64,000 nucleotides of DNA from Squalus acanthias (Eukaryota): assembly GCA_030390025.1 (NCBI GenBank), contig CM059431.1, positions 110,610,001 to 110,674,000 on the forward strand, in the 5' to 3' direction. Under the pieces are notes generated by a model, which saw only the letters and a program-made list of their open reading frames with translations, was not told the DNA's origin and made no database searches. Position 1 is the stretch's first letter, and the number at the start of each line of letters is the position of its first letter. Below are positions 62,960-64,000 of the stretch, piece by piece. A program made the translations under genes and the position numbers.

Positions 62960-63153
62960 ACCTGGGGCTGTGGGTGCTCAGTCGTTGAGTACTTTCAAGA
63001 CAGAGGATCAATAGATTTTTGGATCGAAGGGAGTCACGGGATATGGGGATAGTGCAGGAAAGTGAAGTTCAGGTAGAAGATCAGCCATGATCTTATTGAA
63101 GAGCTCGAGGGGCCGTATGGCCTACTCCTGCTCCTATTTCTTATGTTCTTATG
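62960..63153 (+). mobile_element. CR1 3' fragment
   Basis: GGCCTACTCCTGCTCCTATTTCTTATGTTCTTATG tail. Confidence 0.85.
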
Positions 63154-63816
63154 TACATCTCCAAACTTCTTAACCAACAAGAACTTCTGTTCACATATTA
63201 TACATAACAATTAGTATACTTCACTTGCACACTAATATTTTAAAAATGTATGCCGGTCTATTTTTCCAAAAGCTGTGGAATTTTTGAGTCAGCTAGTTGC
63301 TTAGAAAACTATATGGTGGTTGAAAGCAGAATGAGGGATTCTTGAATCATCACATACTTACCATTCAACAACACCAATGATGTTTGACATTTGAATGTAG
63401 TGATACTGAATCTGTAGGAAGCTAAATGATGCTCAAAAGAGGTCAACATATGCCTCCAATATGGAAAAATATTTCGATAAAAGCGAGGAGTCAGTCACCA
63501 GTTACCCAGCAATGTGTTAGGCCGAATTCTTGACCATTTGACCAAAGGAGAGTTTCAGTACTCAATGACTCGAGTTTTGTAGGAAGGCAGACTCAGGAAC
63601 ACCCGTCTCCATAAAGTCATTAGACTTGAATAGGGAGTATTGTAGTAACTCGATGCCAAATTCAGCCGGCTCTGTAAAACCACCAGCCCACCTTAGTCTG
63701 TGCATGGAATCCTGCAGTCAGACTGAATGGAGAGCTTGCTTCATAATACCTGTGACATACATTTGCTATCCCCTGGAGTGGGCAGGGATTTTGTTGGCAG
63801 GAAGAGCCCACTCCTT

Positions 63817-64000
63817 ACCCTTATTTAAAAAGGGCAGTAGACAGAAGGCTGGTAACTATAGACCGGTTAGCCTAACATCTGTGGTAGGTAAAATTTTGGA
63901 GTCCATTATTAAGGAAACAGTAACAGGACATTTGGATAATCATAATTTAATAGGACAAAGTCAGCATGGTTTTACGAAGGGGAAGTCATGTTTGACAAAT
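63817..64000 (+). mobile_element. Young CR1 copy (5'-truncated, runs off the window)
   Basis: 184 bp identical by eye to the reverse complement of 34871-35054. Confidence 0.92.

Overview
Eukaryotic vertebrate genomic DNA, very probably from a cartilaginous fish (shark). This is inferred from SacSINE1/DeuSINE-like SINEs, HER1-like CR1 LINEs and shark-type Penelope ends. The window lies inside a KLF12-like gene on the minus strand. Two coding exons are present, 57412-57510 (99 nt) and 2922-3462 (541 nt, with the PVDLS CtBP motif), separated by a 53.9-kb intron. The zinc-finger exons lie beyond the left edge. The introns are packed with transposable elements: a nearly intact young CR1, an RTE-clade LINE, L2 fragments, about 9 DeuSINE copies, LF-SINE-like relics, Harbinger-like and hAT MITEs, and Penelope-like remnants. 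The most unusual signal is a pair of ~205-bp elements at 56675-56880 and 59871-60080. Each has perfect 75-77 bp fold-back arms and a minimal hammerhead-ribozyme core. The two occur as flip/flop loop isomers, carry arm-symmetric variants and TSDs, and bracket the 99-nt KLF12 exon. All family assignments come from recalled motifs; no database search was run.
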